DNA from: Schmidtea polychroa
Taxonomy: Eukaryota
Direction: 5' to 3'
Length of the DNA: 64,000 nt
NCBI GenBank assembly: GCA_044892525.1
Contig: JBJFYX010000144.1
Span: forward strand, 62,001-126,000
Shown in pieces: positions 45,518 through 55,700 of this stretch (positions are counted from its first letter, which is position 1; the number at the start of each line of letters is the position of its first letter). Under the pieces are notes generated by a model. The model did not search any database, had not been told where the DNA came from, and saw only the letters and a program-made list of their open reading frames with translations. Position numbers and translations under genes: made by a program.

Positions 45518-46542
45518 TGTCGTTGAAATTGTTCGTCAATTTCGGTTTCTGTCGTATTATCGGCAATTTCCTCTATGTTCAGCTTATTTGGTTGTTGATA
45601 GCTAGTTGATGGTTGGCTTGTTGTCCATATTTCAGCCCCTGTCGGCCATCTTACCAGAATTGGTGATCTTTCTCCAGCTCCTTCATCGCTGTCTTCCAAT
45701 ATAATTTCCTCGATTTCCTCGGTTTCATTCGATTTACTCGCCACTTTGTTAGGGCTTGGTGTACTCAAGCTACCTTTCGTAGGTTTACTGGATTTGCTCT
45801 TCTTTTTAATCGGTTTTCCCAATGTTTCTGCCATTGTCAATACATTGATCTCCCCCAATCTCATGGGTGTTATTCCGACATCTGCATTATCATCCAACGA
45901 TTTTCCGAATAGTTGTAGGTGAAATGGAGTTTCGTATGCTAATTTCTTTTTTAACTCTCTGATCTTTGTGGTTGGATGTACTTCTGTATCCTCAATGCTT
46001 TTGTCGGGATACTTGACTCGGATACGATACCTTTCCTGGGTATCTTGTGCCCATTCTTGGTTTCTCCATTTCCTAATAATTTGTTCTAGCTGTTCTGGGT
46101 ACCATTCGTTATATTGTCGGTATTCCTCAATCGCTTTCGCCATTTCTCTTAGATTGTGGATATTCTCTGATGTCTTTAGGATGATGTTAGCCAATGCTAT
46201 TACTTGACGTTTTTGATTTTTTGCTCCCGTTGCTAAGATATCACCTAATTGTTTATATCTTTCCTTCTCTTCTCGTTCTCGAGCTTCCATCGCTTCTTCG
46301 CTGTCCATATCGGCATATTCGCGTTCTTTCTTTCTCATCGCATGAATATGTCTAGTTTCCATTTCACTTTCTGACGTAACATCCGTTTCGCTTTCGTCGT
46401 CCGATATCGATTCTATTTCGTCCTCTTCGTATTTTGGAGGTTCATCTTCCTCTTCTTCTGATTCACTTTCTGTCTCACCAATGTCTGTTTCTACGAAAAT
46501 CCCTTTCCTGATTTCCCATTCTTTGTTTTCCGCATTCCACAT
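45469..46542 (-). CDS. ORF2, 357 aa: acidic tract plus ubiquitin-like domain; in frame with gag after a single TGA
   Basis: RYRIRVKYPDKSIEDTEVHPTTKIRELKKKL..HLQLFGKSLDDNADV follows the ubiquitin pattern (QIFVKT..TIENVKAKI..RLIFAGKQLEDGRTL). Confidence 0.8.
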   Translation of the reverse strand: MWNAENKEWEIRKGIFVETDIGETESESEEEEDEPPKYEEDEIESISDDESETDVTSESEMETRHIHAMRKKEREYADMDSEEAMEAREREEKERYKQLGDILATGAKNQKRQVIALANIILKTSENIHNLREMAKAIEEYRQYNEWYPEQLEQIIRKWRNQEWAQDTQERYRIRVKYPDKSIEDTEVHPTTKIRELKKKLAYETPFHLQLFGKSLDDNADVGITPMRLGEINVLTMAETLGKPIKKKSKSSKPTKGSLSTPSPNKVASKSNETEEIEEIILEDSDEGAGERSPILVRWPTGAEIWTTSQPSTSYQQPNKLNIEEIADNTTETEIDEQFQRQKKDQRKQYQKVKLTK

Positions 46543-46548
46543 CCTTTC

Positions 46549-49497
46549 TCATGGGGTTCGTCTGCAGGATCTAGTACTCAGTTTCTTTATTTTCCCTTGA
46601 AGCTCTTTTTCCTTTAGCCATTGTTGATGAATTTCAATTATCTCCACTGATTTTTGGTATAGCGTTTTCATCCTGTCCCGTATCTCTTTCTGGTATGTTA
46701 CATCTCTTGTTCGGAATTCGTCCATGGGTAATATTCTGATGATTTGATGATTATCCCACATTCCCATTTCGCTTAGCGAGGTGTCGTCTTCGGCCCGTAA
46801 TATTATTTTATCGTACATCAGGACTACATCATCTATCATCCCGTCGCTACTCTCGCTTCGTACTTTTTCCGTTACCTCTTGGTTTATCTTGGTTACTAAG
46901 TCATCCACCGTACTCTGATTACTCATCTTTATTCGTCGTTTCTCCTCGTTTGGTAACCATATGGTTATTTCTAATTTCTGCGGTTGCGTTTCTTTCAACC
47001 TTCCATATTTGTGGATCAAATTTATGGTTCTCCAATCACTCATTCGGAGCAGTTCTGTATCTCGCAGTCGGCTCATTAGTTCATGCATGTCTGCAGTTCG
47101 TCTTGTTATGAGCAAATCCCAGTTATCTTCAACTTGTTCTTGGATTTGTTTGATTAATTTATCTAGATTTCGTCGCAAGGTGCATTGTTTTATTTGTTCC
47201 AGCTTCAGCTTGATGTTAAAGTCATACTCGGCCTTGGCGTCTTTAGCCCATTCGTGAATATTTGCTGGTTGCTTCTCTTTATGCAATTTCAATATTTGAG
47301 TTTCTCCTGGCCAGATCAATGCATCTATTAGGTGCATGTCTGGTTTGATTTGTTCTCCTTGATATTGATACAGGTATTCTTTCTTTCTCGAGCTGCCCAA
47401 ATGTTCTCTTATCCAATCGAAAAGATCGTCTGTAACTGCATTTTTTATCCATATTCTCTCGAGTCCTTTACTCGTTCCGATTTTTATTACATAGCGTGTT
47501 GTCTCCGCTTGTTTCATTTTTTCCATATACTTCTTTATTATCGCTTTTTCCTCGTTTGGTATTAGATCTTTTTCGTTTCTTTCTAGTTTCATTATCTTTT
47601 GTATGAAGCGTCTGTATGGTATGATGTCAATGAATTCCTGGTTTCTTACCACCACTGGAAGTATTTCCTTTACTTGTTTTATCGCTTCTTCTCTTTCTTT
47701 TCTCAATTTCATTTCGATATTCTCGTCTTCGCTTTCGCTTGTCACGTCGCTTTCACTTTCATCCTCATCTGCTCCGATCTTTTCTCTTAGTTGGTCGATA
47801 TTTTCATTTAACTGTAACATTTCTCCACCAAGGCTACTCACGTAATCCTCATCGTCATCTGTTGACGACACCTTCTTTGTTGTCCTCATCATATTAATTC
47901 GCAAATTTCTCATTCTTGGTACTTTCTTTAACTTTTTGTTCTCGAATGTCGTTAGCTCCTCTGAGTCTAATTCTTGTATCATATCATGATTTAGATGATT
48001 AATCCGTTTTTTATTTTTGTTATTTTCCGCTTCTGCTTCTGTTTTTGTTTTCTCATTTTCTCTTTCGATTTTATCTTTTATCTTTTTCCAAAATATTTTC
48101 TGAATTCTCTGATTTCCTTTTAGCGGTGTTGTTGAATTTTCCTTTTTTGCTGCTGTAATTGTTTCTTTCGGTTTCTCGGGTTCGCTCATAGGTACAACTC
48201 TTGGATTTTTACCGTAATTGTAACAATATTGCTCTTTTATCTCCCTTACCATTCTCATCATATTTATTCGTAATGGTTGTTCTTGTCGTTGCTGAATTCG
48301 CTCTCTTTTTATCCTTTCTTCTTCAGCTTGTAGTCTTTGCCATTCTTGTGCATGTTGTTGCACTTCATAATTATTAAGATTCTCGGTGCTCCTCATCATG
48401 CGTATATTCTGGGTTTGTTGTGCTACTGGTTCTTGTCTCGGTCTCATCATTTGTTGCATCATCTGTTTCATTTGTGAAATTTCTTGCATCACGTTCATTT
48501 GCTTTCCCTCACTAGGATTACTTTGTCGTTGCGGATTTGATGCATAGTTATTATTTCGCTGTGGTGGTCGTTGTTGTTGGCTCCTTTCTCGACAGTCTCT
48601 TGAGATATGACCTGGTTGACCGCAGTTAAAACATCCTCTCAATTGGCATATATTTTCCGTGTGTCCTCGTCGTCCACACCTATTGCAATTTGCGTTTCGG
48701 TAACAATCTCTATCCCAATGTCCTGGTTTACCGCATATTCGGCATTGTTTGTTATCGTTCATATTTCGTCGATTATTAAAGTTGTTCCCATTGTTCGAGT
48801 TGTTGCGTTCACTGTTATTCCCATTTGATCGTCCTTGTGGTGGTTTGAAGATTTGATGTGCTCCTGGTATAAACTGATTCATCTTGGGTTCATGATTGTT
48901 GTTATCTCCGTTTTCCGTTTTCACCGTTGCTGTAGCGATTCTTCCCTCCTCTTGCATGACATTCATTTGTGCTGGGAGGTGTAGTTCGCATCTTGTGGCC
49001 CAATCTATGGCTTCTTCTAGTGTTTTACACATTTGACATCCCACCGAGGCCCTTACCTCTTCTCGGCGCAGTCCTTCTATGAAGTAACCAATTAGATTTT
49101 CCTCCGGCAAGTTTCCGTTCATGGCCTTTTTTGCCAATCTTCGCAATTCACTCGCATATAACGTTATGGATTCATTTGCTCTTTGTTTTCTACTTGCCAG
49201 TTCACCTAACGCTTGATTTATCGGTTTGCTGGCTCCGAAGGTTTTCCTCAAAAATGTTTTGATGCTTTCCCAATTGTCTAATTTCGTATTTCTTTCTTTT
49301 GCTTCTAGATACACTTCGAGTGCGCTATCGCACAAAAACAGAGGCATTCGTTTACTAATTGCTTCCGCTGTCCATCCGCACACATCGATATAGACTTCAA
49401 AATTTGTTATGAACGTTGCCAACTTGTTCGCATTCCCGTTAAACGGTTCGCCTCTAAATTTTTCTTTATACTCGTCGGTTTTTACCACATTCATCAT
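46549..49497 (-). CDS. gag: Gag, 982 aa: capsid, three CCHC knuckles, C-terminal extension with two ubiquitin-like domains
   Basis: FNGNANKLATFITNFE..W; KQRANESITLYASELRRLA..FIEGL; CRICGKPGHWDRDC, CNRCGRRGHTENIC, CFNCGQPGHISRDC; UBL-like segments at about 47280-47500 and 46725-46980. Confidence 0.93.
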   Translation of the reverse strand: MMNVVKTDEYKEKFRGEPFNGNANKLATFITNFEVYIDVCGWTAEAISKRMPLFLCDSALEVYLEAKERNTKLDNWESIKTFLRKTFGASKPINQALGELASRKQRANESITLYASELRRLAKKAMNGNLPEENLIGYFIEGLRREEVRASVGCQMCKTLEEAIDWATRCELHLPAQMNVMQEEGRIATATVKTENGDNNNHEPKMNQFIPGAHQIFKPPQGRSNGNNSERNNSNNGNNFNNRRNMNDNKQCRICGKPGHWDRDCYRNANCNRCGRRGHTENICQLRGCFNCGQPGHISRDCRERSQQQRPPQRNNNYASNPQRQSNPSEGKQMNVMQEISQMKQMMQQMMRPRQEPVAQQTQNIRMMRSTENLNNYEVQQHAQEWQRLQAEEERIKRERIQQRQEQPLRINMMRMVREIKEQYCYNYGKNPRVVPMSEPEKPKETITAAKKENSTTPLKGNQRIQKIFWKKIKDKIERENEKTKTEAEAENNKNKKRINHLNHDMIQELDSEELTTFENKKLKKVPRMRNLRINMMRTTKKVSSTDDDEDYVSSLGGEMLQLNENIDQLREKIGADEDESESDVTSESEDENIEMKLRKEREEAIKQVKEILPVVVRNQEFIDIIPYRRFIQKIMKLERNEKDLIPNEEKAIIKKYMEKMKQAETTRYVIKIGTSKGLERIWIKNAVTDDLFDWIREHLGSSRKKEYLYQYQGEQIKPDMHLIDALIWPGETQILKLHKEKQPANIHEWAKDAKAEYDFNIKLKLEQIKQCTLRRNLDKLIKQIQEQVEDNWDLLITRRTADMHELMSRLRDTELLRMSDWRTINLIHKYGRLKETQPQKLEITIWLPNEEKRRIKMSNQSTVDDLVTKINQEVTEKVRSESSDGMIDDVVLMYDKIILRAEDDTSLSEMGMWDNHQIIRILPMDEFRTRDVTYQKEIRDRMKTLYQKSVEIIEIHQQWLKEKELQGKIKKLSTRSCRRTP

Positions 49498-50883
49498 GAC
49501 TGGTTCTTGTAACTCTATTGTTTCTTTTAAATTTTCCAGCGATGTCGCTAAATTATAGACGGATAATTCTTCTGTTGACCCGGTTAGGTTGTTTGTTATA
49601 TCGGATAGGCTTTCTCTACTTCTAGATCGACTGGGCGTATGTCCGGCTGTGGGGTTTTCTTGATCGTATATCGGTGTTTTGTGGGGTCTTTTTGCTCCTT
49701 GTGATATTCCTCTCTGCTGCCTAAATGATCGTCCTCTTTTGAGTTGATCTAATTCGTCTCCTGAAAATAATACGTCTCCTGGCTTACTTGAAGATCTAAG
49801 GTTGGGTTTATCCGTGATTTTCTTTTTACTCTTTTCTGTCTTTCCACGTGGGTTTTTCTACGGTTAGCGGCTGCTGAATTGGTCGAGTTCGGTTCTGATA
49901 GTGTTTTCTTCGAGGAATATTCTGCGTAATTTCTCGGCTGATTTCCGGAGGAGATATCTGAGTCCTTGATTGACTTCTGCTAGTACGTCGATGCTAAGTA
50001 TTTCGATAATTCCGTCGTAGATAAAGATGTCGTTGTCGTCCTCCGTATTCGGATTGATTTGTTTTTTCCTTTGTGCGGGTTCTGAATTGCTTTTCCTGGG
50101 TTGTTTGTATATTCTCTAGATTCCTTTTGAGCTGGTTCTGAATTGACTTGGTTGGATAGATATCTACAATGAAAAAATGATATCGTGTTGCATTTGCTTA
50201 CACGAATCAATCATTCCTTTTTACCATATTCAAGCACAGACACCGTTTTTGGGCCTCTGTTATACTTCTCTTCATTTCCCCTCATACACTTCTTCGTGGA
50301 ATATAATTACCCATCAACCCATATTTTTCGTCGATTTTAAATTATCTATTTGGGGTAGTAACAATTATCTATATAGTCGTATAAATTATCTATAGTTAGC
50401 ATTTATAATATCGATAGGTCGTTGTCAGTTACTGCTTATTACCCCCCATATTTTCCTTAATCCTTTTACGCGGTTCCGCTATTTTATTTACTCTTTCGTC
50501 TCTGTTTCCTTTTACTCGGTTCTACTCTGGAACCAAAAACAAAATTCGTTTAACCGGTTTAAACCCAAAAAAAATTCTGTAGAACTTTGTCTACCTATCT
50601 GGGATCCCCTTTAATTAATTAATTATTTCCTCTTTGGTTCATCATCTATTCATACTTATTCATTGTTTCTATTATCTCCTGATTCATTTTCCTTTTCCGT
50701 TTCTCCTTCTTCACTAAAAGAATTTTACTATCATCTTTTACGAGCTCGTTTAATCCTTTCTAAATTCAAATTCCATATTTCAAACTCAATTTGCTTCTAG
50801 CTAGCTTTAATATTCTATCTCACTAGTAATTTAAATGTTATCAACTTGTAGCTTAAATGCTATCTCACTATTACTTTAGGCCT

Positions 50884-51180
50884 TTACGACTGGCTGGCAC
50901 TATTCAACAGCTCAATCTTCCTCTCCTGACCGGTTGGACTATTCAACAACTCGATCTTACGACTGGCTGGCACTATTCAACAGCTCAATCTTCTTCTCCT
51001 GACCGGTTGGACTATTCAACAACTCGATCTTACGACTGGCTGGCACTATTCAACAGCTCAATCTTCTTCTCCTGACCGGTTGGACTATTCAACAACTCGG
51101 CCTTATTATCCCCGACTGGCTGGACTTTTCACAGCTCAGTTTCAATTTCCCTGACCGGCTGGACTTTTCGACAGCTCGGC
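50884..51180. repeat. 73-bp tandem repeat x3 plus a degenerate fourth unit in the element leader
   Basis: Units start at 50884, 50957 and 51030; each unit consists of two related about 36-bp halves. Confidence 0.9.
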
Positions 51181-51772
51181 CCTAATGTCTCTAAACTCTG
51201 CATGCTTCCGTTCCTTTTCTGTCTTTATTCTATACTGTCATCTTCCTATTTTTACTTTTATTTGTCGACCTAATCTGTACCGCTTTGGAATGTTTCCCCT
51301 TTTCCCCTTGCTCAAAACACAAAACGATCGCATTGATCCATTTCTACATTGGTATGGTGATCAGCCATACCGCAGAAACTTTTCAATATTCGCGATGGTA
51401 CCTCGCTTTACATCTCTTACTCGGGGTGATCGGTTGTCCCTCCCCAAACGGTTTCCAACATCGTACCTCCCGAAGGTGGCTCGGTTTATTCCCCCTTTAA
51501 CCCTATGACGGGACTAGTTCCACTTTAAATAATCATTTTAAATTTTAAAATGCCCTTTCTTCATGGTGAAAATTATAACAACACAAATCAATTTATAACT
51601 TCGTATAATGAAATGAATACACAAAAAGGATTTATTAGTTATTTCCTCCACATTACAGATAATATATGCTATCATTATAAAACATTACCGAATTAAATCA
51701 GAACAAAAATATCAAAATGTTTAGTCTAATTGTTAATCATCCAATTTCCTTCACCGAGCGACGATCGCGTAC

Positions 51773-52252
51773 CTAACTGAAATAGATTGTGTGCTTCTCT
51801 TTTATTACACATGTGCACATAGAACAACGGATTAAACTGGCGGCGCATTCGTCACAATGGCTAAGGTGCCCACAAGGTAGAATCAGAGTTTTGACAGGTC
51901 GCATCTTGCAAATGTTACAAGTTCTCAAGGCCGCTGCTTTCTCTACTATTGATGTTCGTATCCGCTGAGACAGAGTTTTGACTTGTTCGCGTATCCTCAC
52001 ATATTCGATGTTCAGAGCGGGGTCGTCGAGTCGTTGCTGCATCCATTGGTAATGGGTAGACAAGTCGGTATCGGTATTTGTTGATCCTAATCTGTCGGTT
52101 AGAAAGTTTTGTTTGGATATCAGCGGTGCGTTGTGGCTTTGTTGTTCTAACAGTTCTATTTGTTTCAGTTTTTCCTTTAATGTTTTTATTGAATCATTTT
52201 CTATTTCGATGAACCGGCTTAGCTGTTGTAGATGTTGTCTAGCTTCCGACAT
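51773..52252 (-). CDS. Coiled-coil + C-terminal IAP/MDM2-type RING protein, 159 aa
   Basis: CNICKMRPVKTLILPCGHLSHCDECAASLIRCSMCTCVIKEKHTIYFS ending at the stop; no BIR domain. Confidence 0.85.
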   Translation of the reverse strand: MSEARQHLQQLSRFIEIENDSIKTLKEKLKQIELLEQQSHNAPLISKQNFLTDRLGSTNTDTDLSTHYQWMQQRLDDPALNIEYVRIREQVKTLSQRIRTSIVEKAAALRTCNICKMRPVKTLILPCGHLSHCDECAASLIRCSMCTCVIKEKHTIYFS

Positions 52253-52690
52253 ATCTAAATGAATGTGTTGTTATTATTTTGTTCCTGCTGGTATTAAAAT
52301 TAATATTATTATGTTTGTATTTAATATTCGTTGACTTTTATGCGTTAGTGTTTTAACTTTTGTATTTTGTTCGGTCTTTGAAATTCCCCTTTCATCTTTT
52401 CGCTTTAATCACTTACTTTCTTTCGTCCCCCCTTTTATTTTAACCAGTTAATATTAACTACAATAACTAATTCCCGTTTTCTTTTCTCATCATGCCTCAT
52501 CACATTCACTCCAACTCATTTAGGTTCGTTTCATTCACCACATGCTCTATTTCAAACTCAGACAGTTCGTATCATTTCATTGCACTATAATTCGTTTCGG
52601 CCCCGATTCCATTTCTATCATAATTAATTAGATTGTTATGCTAACACATCATACCACAGAAATAGACAATCAAATAAATCAATATTCAAT

Positions 52691-52708
52691 ATCCCGGCTG
52701 AGCCCCCA
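52691..52708 (-). other. Primer binding site, tRNA-Pro-like
   Basis: TGGGGGCTCAGCCGGGAT versus the established MLV PBS-Pro TGGGGGCTCGTCCGGGAT (16/18); lies 7 nt inside the 5' LTR boundary. Confidence 0.8.
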
Positions 52709-52715
52709 AAAATCA

Positions 52716-55700
52716 TGTTGGCATATGTGGGGAAGAGAAAAATTACGCACGCGCAACCTTCACTCATACAAGGCGTCATCGTTCCGCTCAGGCACTTCCC
52801 ATACATACACCAGATGATCAAATGCATATTCCCACGTATGAGCCCGTGGTGATGTTCCACGTTGGTGCTGCTCACACGGGTCGGAAAAGGTTAGCAGGTG
52901 AGCCTCTGCCTTAAGACTACTCCTAACCCTGTCTCGGTTCGGGTTCCATGGCGCCGTAGAAGGTCTTACCCATTCCTCTACACATCATTCGGTCCTTCCC
53001 TGGTCCAAGGGGACGACTCTGTAGTGCTACCTATATCTGATACCGTCCTATTGTTCACTTTTAATCCCATATCATGCATGCCAAAAACAATCACCGAGAG
53101 ACAATAAAAATTATATTACATCCACAACAATAATTACATTTATAACAAGGAAAAAGGGGCTGTCACAAAAATAAATGTTCAATATTCACAAATACTCAAG
53201 TCCGCTTCCGAATCTTGCAGAATCAAGGCAATGGAAATCTGTCAGTCAAAGGACTCTCCATCAGCAAGCATCTCGTCGATGTCGACCGGCAATCGTTGGT
53301 TAGAGACGTATTTGATGCCCTCTGCGGGAATTACACGGAAAATTTCCTTCGTTGGAATTGAATGGCTGGAAGAGATTTCTTTTATGGTGGATTGGGCTAC
53401 CGATAGTGACGCTTCGAGTGCGGCCATCGCATCTCGGCGTTTTTTATTCTTCTCGGCTCGAGTTGGCCGTTTCCGTTTGCGAGTAGACGGAGGGTTTTCT
53501 ATGTTCGCGGTGCCGATTGGTGCTACCAAAATTGGAGCCAAGATGGGATCGGTAGGTCCACCGACCAAGGGTTGATGACTCGATAAGGTTGGAGCCGGGA
53601 CGGGCGGCAGATAGGTACCATGCCCTTGGCAGCTTGTTGAAGTTGATTGGGAGGCCTGATGGTGAGGGGGAAGACATTGGTTTTCTCGATGACGGGAAAT
53701 TCTCGGACCCGTTTGGCCAATTCTGCCTCCGTATATACTTTATGGAGGGCTTCCGATTGTGCTTTGATCGTGAGCCGCTGGCAACGGCTTTCCTCCAGCA
53801 GGCTGTCCCTGCAATGCTCTAATCGGAGAATTTTCTTGCGTTCCTCTTTCATTTGTGGCGGGGAGAACCACGTGCCTTCGTAGAGATCAATTCTCTTTTT
53901 CAATGCCCCGATATATAGGTGGAGCTGCGCGATATCTGCGTTTTTATCGGCGCAGGAGAGACATGGGCGAAGATTTTTTCCAGAGCTGGTAGAGGTATTC
54001 ATCTAAAGAGTTTACAGAATTTTTTATTATCAATTTTACAAAATTTATTGGCTAGGATTTTGTTCCTATTTTACATACGAGGTTCACCATTTTCGCAATC
54101 AAACCATTCAGTGGTGATTCCAACACCCAAATTATCAGTCGGTGCCCCCATTCATCCAATTTCAAGCATTCAAATTCATCCCCTCAACCATCAACACCTA
54201 ACGAGAAGAAAACGAAAATTCTAGACATAATTTATTTGTCATCATTTTACAATCGGTACGTGTTATGAGTTTGACTATTCCCCTTTTCGCACTTGATCAG
54301 TCTAGTGCTGACAATACTAACCCCTTTATTTTATTTATCATTATCTGATGTTTGCGATTTTACTCCTCATTACTACGTTCTACACAACTAAACCGAGTCG
54401 TATTATAAAAGAAAAATTCGACATCCAATGGACCTCGTTATGTTATACTAAAGTAGTTCAAGTAGAGAAAAATAAAATAGAAAAAGAAAAAAAATTAACA
54501 GCAGAACATCTTTGGTTCACCTTTAGTTTAGTTTATGATGGTTTGATTTTATTTAAATTTTTGCCGTGAGGTTGTCATGACGACGTTACGCAATATGTAG
54601 TTGTGTTAAAAGATCGTCTTTCGTTTACATGTGGCATGTAATTCAACATGTGACAATGCATGCTAAAGTAATGTTAGTTGTCCCTAGCTTATGAATCGGT
54701 TTTGGTGACGTGTTTGCTTCGAATGGTAGTTTAAGAGTGGGTGTCTGCCTTACGCACGTGATCTCTTTCTTTCGCCTGTGCACACAGTATCGTTTTCTCG
54801 ATTAGCTTCCTCGTTGTTACGTCACGATTATGTCACAGAACATGTTAGGACTCAGAACAATTTGTCGTCTACTGAGAAAGAATTTCCAGGTAGTATGTCA
54901 ATGAGGCGGATTATCAAGATTCAGTTGTCTGGGAGATTGATTAGAAGTATCCACCCAATCATTACGCGACAATTCACTAGCGGGTCAGAACTGATGATTT
55001 ACTCTAGTCGTTATCAACTCTTAGACATCTCTCTATCAACGCATTCACTAAACCTATGGCAGAGACGATTATCGCTCCCTCTCTTCGGCGGATTTTCCTC
55101 AGTCATACAATCCGGTGAATAATAATCTGTCTGAAATTAGTTTGACAGTTTCCGATAAATTCGACTGCGGTTTCTCTAGCATCGATCGTAAATATTCCGA
55201 TAATTTCTCGTGATTTGTTTGTTTTATTCTCAGAAAATCTAGGCTTATCAGTGGCCGTATAACCAACAATCTAACTCAAAAGTACACTGACTATGGGTTT
55301 CGTCGTAAATGTCCTGGCGATGTGGATTCTAGAAGATCTCGGGCTCTATGACATTCTCTGCGAACAACATTGGATTTTTTACGCAGCTATAGCTCCCCAA
55401 TCACCAGATATTCTCGTGTCAATTTCCCGAGGGATATACGACATAGACTCTAACTTTCCAATGCGATTGATGGCGACTGGATGTAATGTTAAAAGACGTT
55501 GATTCGACAATTTCCTGGAGTTTCTCATGATTTCATCTTCGCGACTACTCTTTTAAGAAGTGTATTTTCGACGATAGCGGTGGTCGATCGCACTCGATGA
55601 AGGAAATTTCACTCTTCAGCTATACTTCGAGTCACGGAGTTTCCTCACCTCTCATGACCCACCCAAGAACGGCACTCATTTCTGCCGCCGTCCTTGCACC

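Noticed and set aside
33842-48828. Dozens of 60-170-aa plus-strand ORFs in the track
   Set aside because: They are antisense shadows of the long A-rich minus-strand ORFs; F/S/L-rich with no motifs.
50884-51180. Regular repeats as a possible CRISPR array
   Set aside because: No unique spacers, no cas genes, and a eukaryotic context; it is a plain tandem repeat.
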